A stretch of 64,000 nt of DNA, taken from NCBI RefSeq assembly GCF_018350175.1, contig NC_058368.1:41170001-41234000 (forward strand), written 5' to 3'. Below the pieces are notes generated by a model, which saw nothing but the letters and a program-made list of their open reading frames with translations, was not told the origin of the DNA and ran no database searches. This stretch comes from Felis catus. Lineage: Eukaryota. Below are positions 49,904 through 63,422 of the stretch, piece after piece. How positions within the stretch are numbered: position 1 is the stretch's first letter; the number at the start of each line of letters is the position of its first letter. Made by a program: the position numbers and the translations under genes.

Positions 49904-50621
49904 AAAGATATGTTTAATCTTCACATTTTTAGTAACTAAATTGATTTATTACCCTAGTAAGTGCATCTTGTTTAATTGAGCCCTTAATGAAAATAATAGA
50001 ATAAGAAAATAAAACTTCCAACTGAAGAGGGATTTAGTAATCTTTCCAATGCAGAAAATGTTTTGCCAAAATTTTGATATGCAACTGTCCAGTGCTGGGA
50101 ATCCTGCTGACAATCATATCAGTATAGAATAGAGATGGAAACAATTTAGCAGTAAATAAACATTATCAGGTGTGCATACGCTTGTTAAATTAGCAGAAAA
50201 GTGATTACAAGTCAGGATGGAATTTTACACAAATTTAAACTGTATAATGAAAGAAAGAAACATGAAAAAATCCTGTATCTCCTTATGAAACAAATAGATG
50301 CATCCAGTGTTTGTCTCCTGTACACATTATTAGAAGGTTGATTTCAGAGCGAGGTATATGTGGTCCCAGGAGTCAGGGACCCACCATCTCGCATTGCGAA
50401 ATCAAAACTTTGGTCTTCTTATGCAGCTTATTGTGCTTTCAAGGAGAACCCTACAGAGGAATGTGCAGGGATACAGTTGCTGCTTCATCCCTCAAAGAAT
50501 ATTTTGTCACCTTACCCCTATTCAGTTCTTGTTTCAATACTTCCCTTTCTTAAGTATTCAGATTTGATATTCTCTTACCTATTTGCTATAAGGTTCTGTT
50601 TGCATATCTATTCATAGTTTT

Positions 50622-50826
50622 ATATATTTTTTTAAGTTTATTTACTTAGAGAGAGAGACAGAGAGAGTGGGGGAGGGGCAGAGAGAGGGAGGGAGAGAAT
50701 CCAAGCAGGGCTCCTTGCTGTCTGCAGAGAGCCCCACATGGGGCTCAAACCCACAAACCGTGAGATCATGACAGGAGCCAAAACCAAGAGTCAGATGCTT
50801 AACTGACTGAGCCACCCAGCTGCCCC
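50622..50826 (-). mobile_element. Older Can-SINE, within an L2-like 3' remnant
   Basis: TSD TCTATTCATAGTTTT (50607-50621) and TCTATTCATAATTTT (50827-50841). Confidence 0.93.
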
Positions 50827-52994
50827 TCTATTCATAATTTTTAATTTTGCATTGTGATTTATCATTTTTGTCTGCCTCCTTTAACTAGACTCTGAGTTCA
50901 TAAAAGAGGAACTATGGTCTATTCTTGGTTTACTACCCAGCCTCTAACGCCACATAGTAGGTACTTGAAAGATCTTTGAGTTCTTTATTTAAGTAGAATT
51001 TTATCAATATTTCTATTAGAATGCAATGTCTAGAACAGAAAGTGGTGCCCAGTGTAAAGGATGAACTATACTTTTTGAGCTTCACACACTTTGCTAACAT
51101 TCCCAAGCTTTGGGAAACATTGATTTTTCTACTGCTAGGAGCATCATGAATGATTACACTCTTGCAGCTGATCGTGCTTACCCTGATCTTTTAACTTCTA
51201 TTTGCTTGCATTAGCATGGACTAATACATTTTTCATTAGAAACTGCAGCTAATGCTCATTTCATACTTATTTTTGCTCTATTAATGGTTTTTATGTTTTG
51301 AGGCGCAAGCAATCTAAGGGCTGCGTAATTGTATAAATGGAGGATTATCGGTGTGATGCACAAATCATTTTTGATCCAATGTTATAAATGTTTAATTTCT
51401 ATGATTTCTGATGTGACCTCTCCACTAACACAGCTTAATTGCACTTCTAAGGGCAGCAACATATATCAGCTGGAATAGAAATACTGTCTTCTAAATTAGA
51501 GTCTGCTGAAAGATCTTCAACCTATTTTTTAGTTTGGAACTATGGAGCCTTTTTACTTAAACTTTGATTGAAATGAGTATTTATAACATGGTGTGGTCAA
51601 CTAGTCCGCTGAGTTTTTATAACAGAAAAATGCTAAAATGTATGGAGGTGTGGCTCAACTGGAGCAGCTGACGAGTGTAGGAACAACTGGAGAGAAAAGG
51701 AGACATAGAGCCAGAGCTTAAGATGTGTGAATGCCTTAGAGAAGATACACATTTGAGAAAAATTTCTCTTAAAAACAAACCATAATGCCATTCCACTGTC
51801 TTATATTCACATATAAATATTGAAATGCTACAGGAGTATGAACTGTTAATGAAAGCTAATATATTTTCTAACATCCCCAACTAAAACTTGAATAAACATA
51901 TAGGAGGTACCTGCTGAAAAGTAGAATGCCATTATTTAAAACAATATTATACAAAATACCAAATTAGAGAAGTTCAGACATTAAGTAAATAGATGCTTAT
52001 GCATGAAACAACATATAAAGATTAAAATTTTTATCCTAGTTTTTCTAGAAACTACCAAAAATGATCACAATATAAAATATGTAAGCCAGGTTAGTTTTTT
52101 ATTAAAGCATGTTGTAAAATAGAGTAAATGTTTAATAAATGTTTTTCGAATGAGATTTTAGAGGGAGGTGCTTTTTGATCTCTCTGTGTTATTAAAATTT
52201 CAGCAGTACCTTTTATGGAAAGCATACCATTACTCTATCTGACTGTAATTTTCAATTTTGAAATGATTACTTATAGCTCTGTTTTAAGCATATAAGATTG
52301 GAAGTGGCATTTAAGGAGAGATTTGGCAAGTAAAATGTCAAGAGCTAGGAATGCCTATGAGGAGTAGTTTTAGCAAAGTCAAAACTTCCTCCAGATTTGG
52401 CTGCTCGGAGTTTTGAGTAAATTAAGACAGCCACTAGACATGTATGTAACTAGCTAGAAAAATGGAATTAGACCTTTAGTGAATTATATGGTGAAAATAT
52501 TCAAAACAATGAAATTGATTTCTCCTTATTCAATTTGCTGACTAACCCTGAGTCAAAAAAAATAGGATGTGAAAACTGGATTCTTCTGTAGCTAGGTTAA
52601 AATATAATTATGGTAGCCTAGTAACACCAGTTTGTATTAGGACCTCATCTAATCATCTCCAGGTATACTTCCCAACAGAAAAAGATGGATTTCAAAGGAG
52701 CTTTTGAAGAGATATTATATTTTACTTTTTTGCCAATACTAACATCTCTTTCAGTCTCATACTTCTTTGCTAAATAAACCAGGCAGATATACACAAGGAT
52801 AATTGTCTTCTACCCTTTACAAAGCACTGCCTCACCATGGATGAAGATTTATGCCTGAAAAAGCATCAAGCACAATGCCCAGTGCTGTAGAACTTGATTA
52901 AAACATATCCATTAGTGTTAGAGATTTCAAAAAAAGAAAAATCAATTAAAGATTACATTACCATTCATGTTACTCAACATAATTTAATAGATAA

Positions 52995-53220
52995 ACACAA
53001 GAGTTTTTGATTCAGACTTCGTTTCAATGCTTGTTGATCATTTGCCATTGTCCACTTACTAGATATGTATCTTGAACCAATTATTAAAACTTTCTTCCAG
53101 TTTTCACGTGTTAAATAGTAATAACTAATGTTGGTATTAGATAGATAGCAATAGAGTTGTTACAGTTTTTAGTGAGATGCCAAAACGTTACATTTTAAGT
53201 ATTATTTAAATATTAATTAT
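52995..53220 (+). mobile_element. MIR SINE
   Basis: TTTGATTCAGAC..CCACTTACTAG..CAGTTTTCAC..AATAGTAATAA..AGAGTTGTT. Confidence 0.5.
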
Positions 53221-53479
53221 TGCCAAAAACATTTTAAAACGAATTATATAAAGAATGAAGCACAGCCTGTAATGTGAACATGCGTATGTGAAATGAGTTA
53301 GTCGCAAAGTAAACCTTTGTTTTGTTTCTTCACAAAACATCAAGATGCATAATGTCATCTGTCATTAAACATTACTCAGAAATGGGAGAAAAAGAAGCTT
53401 TTAGATTTTTTTTTTTAACTGATGAACAAGTAGGGTCAAAACAAGATGGAAAAACTACTCAAGAAGGATATCCTACATT

Positions 53480-53945
53480 GAAAAAAATGTCATCTTTCAG
53501 GAGACTGAGCAAAACACAGAAACATTATAGAAGAATTGACTTTGTAATTAACACAAATAATTAAAATTGTCAGATGGATTGAAATTAATACAAATAGAAA
53601 ACATACAATCATTTGACCAATAAATTTCAGAGGATACCTTCCCACAAAGGAAACTCTAGGTCCAAATGGCTTCATAAGTAACTCATTCAAGCATTTAAGA
53701 AAATATATAATACTCATATTACATGAAACACTTCAAAGAATAGAAAAGGGAGGATTTCCCCAACAATTTTATGAGACCTGTATAACCCTCATATCAGTAC
53801 CCTCATATCAAAACATCAATTATGAGAAAATAAAATAATAGGTAAATATTTTTTGACTGTCTAAATCTGGAGAAATTCATGTTATTACAAAAATGCAAAA
53901 TTGGATTAATTTTTGAAAAATTAATCAATATAGTTTTCCACATAT
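53480..53945 (+). mobile_element. Old L1 ORF2 fragment
   Basis: CTTCCCACAAAGGAAACTCTAGGTCCAAATGGCTTCA ([12 protein letters not shown]), TTTTATGAGACC. Confidence 0.75.
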
Positions 53946-53949
53946 AATA

Positions 53950-54400
53950 TAGGGTTTTTGGTTTTTTTCATTTGTTTGGAAATATTCTCTTGACTCAGTT
54001 TTGAAGTAGTCTAGCCATTCCCCCTTCTTAAGCAGCTGATTAAGTTCACACCATTTCCCTTATCAGGATCTCATGAATCTGTCGTACACTCTCCCCAATA
54101 ACCTGTGGGGCCAAATATCAGACAACTAGGGACAGCCATCTACTCGGAAACATGAAAATGAGCCAACTGACAGTGAGCCTACAAACCCTAGCTAACCCTC
54201 TTCACCTGCCATACATAAGCTGCCCCCCCCCCCCCTACAGTCAGGTTGCTGTTACCCTGTCCCCAGGTACAACTCCCTGTGTGGTTCTGCATGGTGGCCT
54301 TCTCTCATTTGGAGGTGTAAATAACAAATAGAGCTGCCTTTTGTGTATACAAATGTTAATGTATTCTTTCATGCTATCGGAAGAGTCTTTAAATTTTAGA
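53950..54400 (+). mobile_element. MER73/MER74-group LTR
   Basis: CCCCTTCTTAAGCAGCTGATTAAGTTCACACC and CAGACAACTAGGGACAGCC resemble this group. Confidence 0.6.
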
Positions 54401-54419
54401 GAGCACCACATTAGCAATG

Positions 54420-55040
54420 TTTGGAATTTTTAAGTGTGGACATATGGCATATTTCTTTAAATTCCTGAGTAGCTTATTATTTTATATTTTTATATTTTAT
54501 ACAAAGTTAGTATACTTTTAGTGTCAAATTGTGATGGTTTATTGCTAATGTACGGAAGTAGCATTAAGTTTTATATTTTTACTTTGTATCTAGCAGTATA
54601 CCTATTAATTTATTAATTCTATTCAGCTCCTCATAAGTTCATAGTTTCTATTTATTTTTCTCCCTATATATAAAAATACTATCATGAAATTTGCAAATCA
54701 TGAGAGTTTTACTTCTCAAATACCATACTCTTTTTTTTTCTTTTATTATAGTACTACCTAGAATTGTCAGTTCAGTGTTTCATAGAAAATCTAATAGTAC
54801 ACATACTTGTTTTGATTCTAAACATAGGACAGAGACACTGAATTTTAATATTAAATAATGTATTCATTGAAGGTTAATACAGATATCCAGTCTGTGTGTG
54901 AGTGATATCTCTTCTATTTACAATTGCTGGAAGTTTTTTTTATCATAAGTGGATGTTGAATTTTTTGCAAATAGTCTTTTTCATCAGTGCAATGGTCATA
55001 TTTTTTCATCCTCCTTTATTTTGTTATGTGGTTAATTTAT
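54420..55040 (-). mobile_element. Old L1 ORF2 fragment
   Basis: ACTTTGTATCTAGCA, TTTGCAAAT, GGATGTTGAATTTT antisense RT-region motifs. Confidence 0.65.
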
Positions 55041-55199
55041 ATGGAAATGTAAAGGAATCAATACTAAAACACTGTATTAGTAAAGAGGGAAGAAAAAGTT
55101 AATAGAAAAAGAACCCCCCCAAAAAAAGAAAACATAAAGAGAAAACACCTGGTGTCCAAAAAAATATACGAAAAGAATGCTACTATTAAAATTATGAAA

Positions 55200-55295
55200 T
55201 TCTGATTATCAGAAAACACCAAAATTGTGAGTCATAAATTGGTAAAAATATATTTATAGTACTGTATTTGAAAAATTACTCTTATCCAGCCATAT

Positions 55296-55342
<47 letters not shown>

Positions 55343-56385
55343 CAACAAGAGAAGGCAAGTATCCCAATAGAAATGTCAGTAAAAGGCTTCTTACAAAAGA
55401 AGATATTTACAATAGATACATATGACAAGGTGATCAACTTTTTCTTTTTATAAATAGGAGCGAATATTACAGCCAGTGTGAAATATCACCACTATGTTGA
55501 TTGGCTCCTCTGGGACTCAGATGTCAGGAGGAGGGTTGATAGATGAGATTTATTGGGGTAATACTTGTAAAAGATCAAAGGCAGAGGAAGCAAGTAAAAT
55601 ACTTCAGGTTGCAGTGCAGGTCTGTGAAAGAAGAGGGAGAGCTGGGAAGAAAGAACCTCGGGCTTCAGAAGAGTCCAGAGAATGTTTCATCCAGCTCAGA
55701 GGGAAGATCCAGCACAAACGTTGCCCATGGAGAAATTCTTTAGTTTTGAGAAGTTGCAAGACCTTCTGCCAATGTCAGAAAAGTACATGGTCTCAGCTCA
55801 AAATCCAAGGCAGATACTATGGCTAACCACTGGTGGCTATTAGCCAACTACACTCTTTGTGTCAGGTTCTCTTTTGAAGGATATCTTTAGAGACACAATT
55901 CTAAGTTTGCTATAACCATAAACTATCACAATCGCTAAAACTAAAATAACTTCTAAAACCAAAGTCTCACATCCTGCTGGGTGGCAGTGTAAATTGACAT
56001 AACTATTTTGAAAAACTGTTTGACATGATCTACTAAAACTAATTATATGCCTATCCCTCACCCCTGAATACATATTCCTAGGCATAAAGTCCCAAAATAA
56101 TCGAGAGCATTTGCCACCAAAGAGACTTGTACAAAATATTTATACAAGCTTCATTCATAAATGCCAAACATGGTAAACAATCCAAATTTTTATTAGTGAT
56201 ACATAAATTTTAGTATATTCATACTGTGCATAATGGAATATAGCACAGAAAGAATAAACGAATACTTACACTTTACAGGATAACATACATGAATCTTACA
56301 ATCAGTAGGTTGAGTGAAAATGCCAGGTGCCAAATGCTACATAATATATGATTCTATTCACATGAAATACAAAAACAGGCAAGGG
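55200..56385 (+). mobile_element. Old L1 3' end interrupted by an LTR-like insert (about 55495-55900)
   Basis: GTGAAATATCAC ... TGCTGGGTGGCAGTGTAAATTG, ATTCCTAGGCATA, TATGATTCTATT; the insert is purine-rich and resembles an antisense ERV-L LTR. Confidence 0.6.
55298..55338. repeat. (TA)n microsatellite
   Basis: Directly visible. Confidence 0.95.
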
Positions 56386-56845
56386 GCCCAGCTTTTAGAG
56401 CTAGCAACTCAGTCACTGTGCTATATATACTTCCTCCCCTGAAATAATGCAGGTTCTTTAGTAATAGCACCCTTTGTCTATGAATATTTCCTGAACATAT
56501 CACACCCTGTATTTCAGATGTGCTTTGAGCTCTGTCTAGAAAAAATTCTCCAGCCTTACCATTCCTTCATTCCTTGATGGGCTAAATTATTTTAATTTTG
56601 AGAAGTTTGATTTTAAAGTTACTTCATTTGGCAAAATTTATAAATCCTGAGAAGAATAATATGCTCCCGTATATACCCTCCTAGAAAAGATTGTGAGATC
56701 CTATTCTAAGCACATTATGTATGTTGTCTTGGTTAGTCATCATATGAACACACAACCCCCAGATAGTTAATATTATCCTATTGCTATTTTACTTTAGGAA
56801 AATTAAAACACATAAAAATAAATAACTTGCAAACAGCATACATTT

Positions 56846-56958
56846 ATTTATTTTTTTTAATTTTTTTTAAGTAGGCCCCATGATCTATATGGGGCTTGGG
56901 CTCACGACCTTGAGATTAAGAGTCCTATGCTTTACTGACTGAGCCAGCCAGGTGCCTC
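56846..56958 (-). mobile_element. Short old-type Can-SINE (tRNA-Lys-like head plus tail)
   Basis: Antisense GGCACCTGGCTGGCTCAGTCAGTAAAGCATAGGACTCTTAATCTCAAGGTCGTGAG; no (CT)n body. Confidence 0.85.
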
Positions 56959-59599
56959 ACGTACGTTTTTTTAAATGGTGTATTTTTTGTGTTATTATTT
57001 AACATCTTCCAGTAAGTCTCTAATTCTCACTCATTCACGTTCTTCTGTCCCTCTAACTTTACAGCTACGCTGTAAGATGTTAGGTATTAGAGACTTTTCT
57101 AATGTTTCATTATACTGACACTTGCTATCCTCAAGTGCCTCATGTGTATTAGGTCTGCATTAGCTATTTAAATTTCACTGAGTGTATTCAGTGAATAAAA
57201 GTAATTTGGTTATCTTAATGGATAGTCATATATGAAATTGTTTACCTACCTACAAGAATTCACACTAAATGCATGGATACTTGGTTTGTATGTCTTTCTT
57301 ATGACCTTATTTGATATTAATCAATTTAGTTTCTATAGCTTTTTCTTTGTAATAGATTACCAATATATTTCTGTCAGAAAGACTTGGTAAAAGAAAAGAG
57401 CACTTATGAAGTGATACCCAGGGACCAAAGATACAACGGTTAATGTGAAAGATCATTATAATTACATTCTATTATAGCATTGATTAGAGTGCTTCTGTGA
57501 ATTAAAAGTATCATCATTCACTGGGACTTACCATTATGGAAATAGATAACTCTCTAGCATGATGTCTTACTGAACTGATTTTTAAACAAAAGGTCAAATT
57601 TACTGGTAGCTAAAAAAATACATATATATAAAGGAAATTATTAAGATTTTATATACATATCCATGTGTACATTTATTCAATTATTTGCTTTGCATATCCA
57701 TTTAAATATTTTATTCAAAATATTAGCTAAGATGCAATTAATCATATATTAACTAAATTATCTTTTTTCAATGCTGTACTTTCCCTGCATGTGGTATTGA
57801 CTAATTCACTCAGGAACTTTCTTTTAGAGACTTGATGTTATAATTCCAGAGTTAAAATCAAAGTAAGTTCAAGGTCATCCTGTTTATAGGTACCTCAACA
57901 TTTACTCATATTTCGTTTACAAGTACTAACATCATTTCCATTCCAAGCTATTGCTGTCATTTTCCACGAAAGTTTCACCTGCAGTCCAAGTAGGGAGACA
58001 GATGATGTTTTATTCTGATTCTTGGTGAATATTTTTAAGATAAATTTAATTTTGTGATTTTATAAAAAGTTTCATCAGTATTAAGATACTGAAAATAGAA
58101 GATGTAAAAGTCTCCTATTAAGCATTAAATTGGTATCTCTAGGTGTGCATGTATGTATGTTTCATTAATAAATGACACGTTCAGCACTAGAGAAAACAAC
58201 GACATCCTTAATTAAATGACTTTGCAGATGCACACTGGTAGCTTAAGCCATTGAAACATGAATGGTACTTCACATCTTCTAAGTATTCCAAACTGACATA
58301 CATTGCTGAAGTCATATTCATTTGGTCACATTTATCCCATGTACTTCAATTTTATCATGCTGTTGTGAATAACAAAAACTCTTTGTGAAGAGCATCAGTT
58401 TAACACTTGAATAATCTATGCTTTCCTTTGGTTATTATCTTTAAGTATTATGTCAGCATGTTGGGGAAGTTATTTCTCCTTTATAAGTTAGTTCCAAGTT
58501 TACTTGTTTCTATGAATATAGGTTATTTTTCCTTTGGGAGGATTGAATGCACTTGATCATCGATATGTCTGATTCTCATATTCTGTGGCAAGTGAGAATA
58601 TGATTGAACTCAGAAAAACAATCAGGAGCACTGCAATTAATTATATTAATTTTTACCAGCTATAAAGAGGAGCAACCCTGAGAGTTAAGCTTATATTGTA
58701 AGATTCCCATTACCATAGATTTGGGACTGATATTTATATTAATCTGTTTCCTTTTTGAAAAGTAGCTAATAGGTTACTGACACCAAATTGTAAATACAGA
58801 GTTGGTTCATTTTGAATATATCAAAACATGAATAAATATTATTATACTGCTGCCTTGTTCTTTTCATTACAACAGGTATATCCACCACATCTAATCAAAT
58901 CAAAATATCAAATCAACATTACTATCTTGCAACATATGCATGGGCTCAATTCAATATAATTGAACTGCATTGATAGTCAGTAGGAACTTATGTGTAATTA
59001 TTTATAAACCCTATAAAGACACACAAAAATAACTCATCCTATGTGTTTATTATTCAAATCCTGTGTTGATATCATTTTTAGTAATGAAAATTAATTAGGT
59101 GTCTTTGATGTAAGTTTATACAGAGTACCATTACCTGATCATGGAATAAAATATTGAGACCACAACATGTAACACAATTTAACTTTTGTAAATTAAAAAA
59201 CACATACAAAAAAAACCCAACAATATAATTTTAAAGGTATATCTCCAGGTAGCGACATATATTTTAATTATATGCATACATGTATATCTTGACTTCTGTG
59301 AGCATATATGTATGTAGATTTTATATACATAAACACTTTATAATATGCATGTATATAGATATATGTTTTATTAGAATACAATTATTTATGTACTCTCTGT
59401 GCATACAGTAAAAAATAGAATTGATTACAGTCTTTCACATTAACATATATCACTCCAAGTCATAATTGAATACACACTTCCCCACATTAAACATCCCCAC
59501 TGACCTTCAAATACAGTGACTGATTTAGTATTTCTTCATAAACTCCTACATGGAAAAAGAACAATATTCCTAAACATGAGTTCGTCTTCCATTTGAGTC

Positions 59600-59752
59600 A
59601 GAAAATCTAGAATATTTAAATTTTAAAATTACTTATTCCAGGTTCCTATTTCAGATGCACTGAATTTGAACCTCTAAGTGAGGCCCAGAAACCTGTACAA
59701 TCTTAACACATCCTAGGTGACTCCGATAAGCAACCGATTTGGGGCAACAGAT
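59600..59752. mobile_element. MER5-type hAT MITE
   Basis: ATTCCAGG..ACTGAAT..GAGGCCCAGAAACCTG..TTAACA..CCTAGGTGACTC. Confidence 0.6.
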
Positions 59753-59881
59753 GTTTACAAATGCTTATATTAAAGACTTCAAACTATAACAAAAAAGAAC
59801 TATTCTTTCCATTATGAAAATATTACATGCAACTTTTAGTGTTGTTTCAGTGTTGCTGTGTATTGTAATTAAATATATCTT

Positions 59882-60040
59882 GGGAGCTCCTGGGTGGCCC
59901 AGTCGGTTAAGTGTCCAACTCTTGATTTTGGCTCAGGTCATGATCTCCTGTTTCGTGCTTGGGATTCTCTCTCTCTGCCCTCCCCTGCTCACATGTGAGC
60001 ATGGCACTTTCTCTCTCAAAATAAATAAATACACATCTAA
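59882..60040 (+). mobile_element. Older Can-SINE with internal deletion
   Basis: Head joined at TTCGTG|CTTGGGATTC; flanks share AAATATAT. Confidence 0.88.
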
Positions 60041-60632
60041 AAATATATACCTTGAATTAAAAATATTAGAAAATCTAAACATCAATATATTAACATACTG
60101 CTATTTTCCTTCATACCTAGAGCATCTGTTACATTCTGATTTGAATTGTATAGCCAATTTTTATTATCTAAACATGAAATATTCTTTTTTGCGGAGGCCT
60201 ATGTTTAAGGGAAAGTTACATTGGCAATTTTACTAAGTGAAGTTGAAATAGCCTCTGGAAAAATAAAAGATTTCTCCTGAAGTCAGGTACTTTTGCTTTT
60301 TGTGTCAAATTTTCAGGAATGAATAATTGCCAATTACTTATCTTCTAGTCCTCACACCAAATTCATGCTTTAAACACACATACACATGCATACACGTACA
60401 TACAAATATTTTCTGTTTAGAGGAGAAAATCTCAAGGTCAAGTGATAAATTTTGTCCATCGAAAATGTGTACATGGTGTGAAGAACTGATCACAGTGGTT
60501 GTTAATGGAAACAAAATGTTGTCTGGAAATGGGAAATTATATAACAAAGAGAAATTAATTTTAAGTCAAAATCTGAGAAAAGGGTGGCTTGAATAAGGAA
60601 GTTAAATATACATTTAAAAATATGCCATTTTA

Positions 60633-60840
60633 GGGGCACCTGGGTGGGTCAGTCAGTTAAGTGTCCGACTTCGGCTCCGGTCATGATCTCACGGTCTGTG
60701 AGTTCAAGCCCCATGTCAGGCTCTGTGCTGACAGATCAAAGCCTGGAGCCTGCTTCAGATTCTGTGGCTCTCTCTCTCTGATCCTCCCCCGTTTATGCTG
60801 TGTCTCTTTCTGTCTCCAAAACAAATATTAAAAAAATTTA
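60633..60840 (+). mobile_element. Feline Can-SINE
   Basis: 17-bp TSD AAAAATATGCCATTTTA (60616-60632) and AAAGATATGCCATTTTA (60841-60857). Confidence 0.96.
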
Positions 60841-62209
60841 AAAGATATGCCATTTTATGATTATTTTTGTTTTTAATAATAGGCAAATTTGGAGAGCCAT
60901 ACAACTGTATTGAAAATGTAAAGATAAATTAGTAAGAGAAAACTAAATGTGATTTATATGTGTTTTGTAAGTACATTAATACTATGATATATATAGACTT
61001 CCAATAAATACAGAAGTGTATCTTCCTTGCCTAAGTAAATCAAAATATTAGTTTAACATCTTAATATTATTAAACTAGTAAATGAACATGTTTCAGGCAG
61101 CCCCTTACAAAAGCTTCCTTGGAAAAATGGTAGAATAAATAGAATGTGATCATTCATTCGTTCTACTAATATTTGCTGAGTATTTATTAAAATCCAATCA
61201 CCATATGAGATTTAGGAACTATGAAGAGGAAGAGATAAAAATCCTGCCATCCACAACGTCACAGACCAACATGGAAGACCTGATAAAAAGTAATAATAAT
61301 ATATAATAATTACTATTAATTAATACTTGTAATGAAAACAAGTAACTTCACTTTATGCAATATGTGGTTACAGAGACATAAACACCATGGGTAAAATATA
61401 TTTATATTTATATTTAATTAATTAATTAATTAATTTATTTATAATAAATATATTATTATATTAATAATATAAACATATATAAATATATTGGAGATATATA
61501 TCAAATGGCACTTGACTCTGAGAAAATGAAGGCTGTGGATTATGTCAAGGAAAGGTTTTAGACAAGGTAATATTCATCATTGAAACTAAATAGAGTTTTG
61601 CCACAAGAACAAAGACCTGAGCCTATTTCAGATAAGGAAGAGCATACATAAATGAAGAGGTGAGAAACCCCATGGGAAATCTGAGGAACTGTATCAACTC
61701 CATTAGACATATAAGCAAAATGCTTATGCCCATGAAGCATGTCTTATTTTTCTATCTGCAACACTTAGTAGGTGTTGCCAAAACATATCGTTGGTAATAG
61801 GAAAATAAGGTAAAGCGTGCCCAGGAAGATTATAGAGTACAGATGCATGAAACAGAAGGAACTATGAAGAAGCTAAGGCTAACGGTTTGTAAAGCAATGG
61901 AGCAGTCCTACAAAAACAATAGAAAACCAATATCACCACACCCCACCCCACCCCACCCGCACACACAAAAAAGCCAATAAGCCCCACCTGCTGAAAACAT
62001 GAGATGCATTTACAGACATGGAGCTTCACGTGATGCTAAATAGGCCCTAGTTCTTAAACCAAGTCCCATTTCCTCTGCCTTCTGTATGTAATATTCTTTG
62101 CAGTCACTCCTTTGCATTTATGTACATTCTTAACACTAACTCCTGTTTCTGAGAAAACTTCTGTTTCTTACTGTCATGAAAACCTAATTAAGAAAGAGGG
62201 TGTGATATG

Positions 62210-62430
62210 GACAATAAGAGTGAAGGCTTTCAAACCAGACACACATGAATTCATGTCTCAGGGCTTGCAAATACTAGATATTTGGCTTTGGCTATAAAAC
62301 CTTTCAGAGCCTTTCTTTCCTGCTCTGTAGAATGGGGATAATAATACGCATTTCATAAAATTTCACCATCAATGATTATGTTTTAAGCTTTATGTCTGGC
62401 ATACAATAAGCTAGTAATAAATGTTATTCA
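62210..62430 (+). mobile_element. MIR SINE
   Basis: TCAGAGCCTTTCTTTCCTGCTCTGTAGAATGGGGATAATAATAC; TCTGGCATACAATAAGC. Confidence 0.65.
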
Positions 62431-62974
62431 GCTCAATTAATAATAATTATTTATTAAAGGAATGAATAAGCTGGTCTAGAGAGAATATTTATATTCAGGC
62501 CCCAGAGAAAAATCATTAATCCCATTTTTTTAATTTCATTTATGTGTCAATATCTTAGTAGAGATTTAGATAGCATGCATATCGATTTTGCCAATCACAC
62601 AAAGCTAGTCACATCAGTTAATGCTGGGATAGTAATTAAGATTTCAGAAAGATCCTGAAGCAGCCTAGTAACAAAAAATTAATCGTCATGTCTGGGGAAT
62701 TTTTTGAACGTAAAAGGAAAGCTTTCAGTACTGATAAAAATTTTAAATGTGACTACTCTTTAAACCAAGTATTTACCAGAAAACTTGTTTACAAAAATAA
62801 TAACACAGGCATGAGAAACATATGTACATAAATGCTTATTGCAGTGTTGTTTACAATAGTGAAAAACTGAAGGTGGTCTAAAGGTCCATCAACTAGGAAA
62901 GTCTTAAATGCATTGTGATGTATCTATATTATGTAATGATGCTTTAAAAAGATAAAGGTGACCTCTTTGTAGAA

Positions 62975-63170
62975 AGGAAGTATAGTGCAGTATTTAAGAG
63001 CAAGTTCTCCCGAGCCAGACTACCTGGGATAGAATCTCAGTGATCATAGGCTACTTAAACTCTCTGTGCTTCTGTTTCCTCATCTGTACAGATGGAAAAT
63101 TAAATGTAAATAAAAGTACGGTATAAAATTAAAATGAAAGAGTGAGATTAATGACATTAAAGAAGACATT
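62975..63170 (+). mobile_element. MIR SINE
   Basis: GAGCCAGACTACCTGGG..CTTAAACTCTCTGTGCTTCTGTTTCCTCATCTGTA. Confidence 0.7.
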
Positions 63171-63189
63171 ATAGCTTCCGTAACAGGTA

Positions 63190-63422
63190 TTTTTTTTAAG
63201 TTTATTTATTTATTTTGAGAGAGAGAGAGAGAGAAAATGAGAGTGGGGGAAGGGCAGAGAGAGAGGAAGAGATAGAGAATCCCAAGCAGGCTCCACACTG
63301 TCCGGGCAGACCTCAACATGGGGCTTGAACTGGTGAACCTGAGCAGAAATTTTGCTCTGAGATTTTGACCTGAGCAGAAATGAAGAGTGCGAGGCTTAAC
63401 CAATTGAGCCACCCAGGCACCT
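63190..63422 (-). mobile_element. Older Can-SINE with an internal templated insertion
   Basis: TSD core TAACAGGT on both sides; internal duplicate ACCTGAGCAGAAAT. Confidence 0.92.

Noticed and set aside
56846..56958. tRNA gene
   Set aside because: A tRNA-derived SINE head with an A-tail and a degenerate B box, not a credible tRNA.
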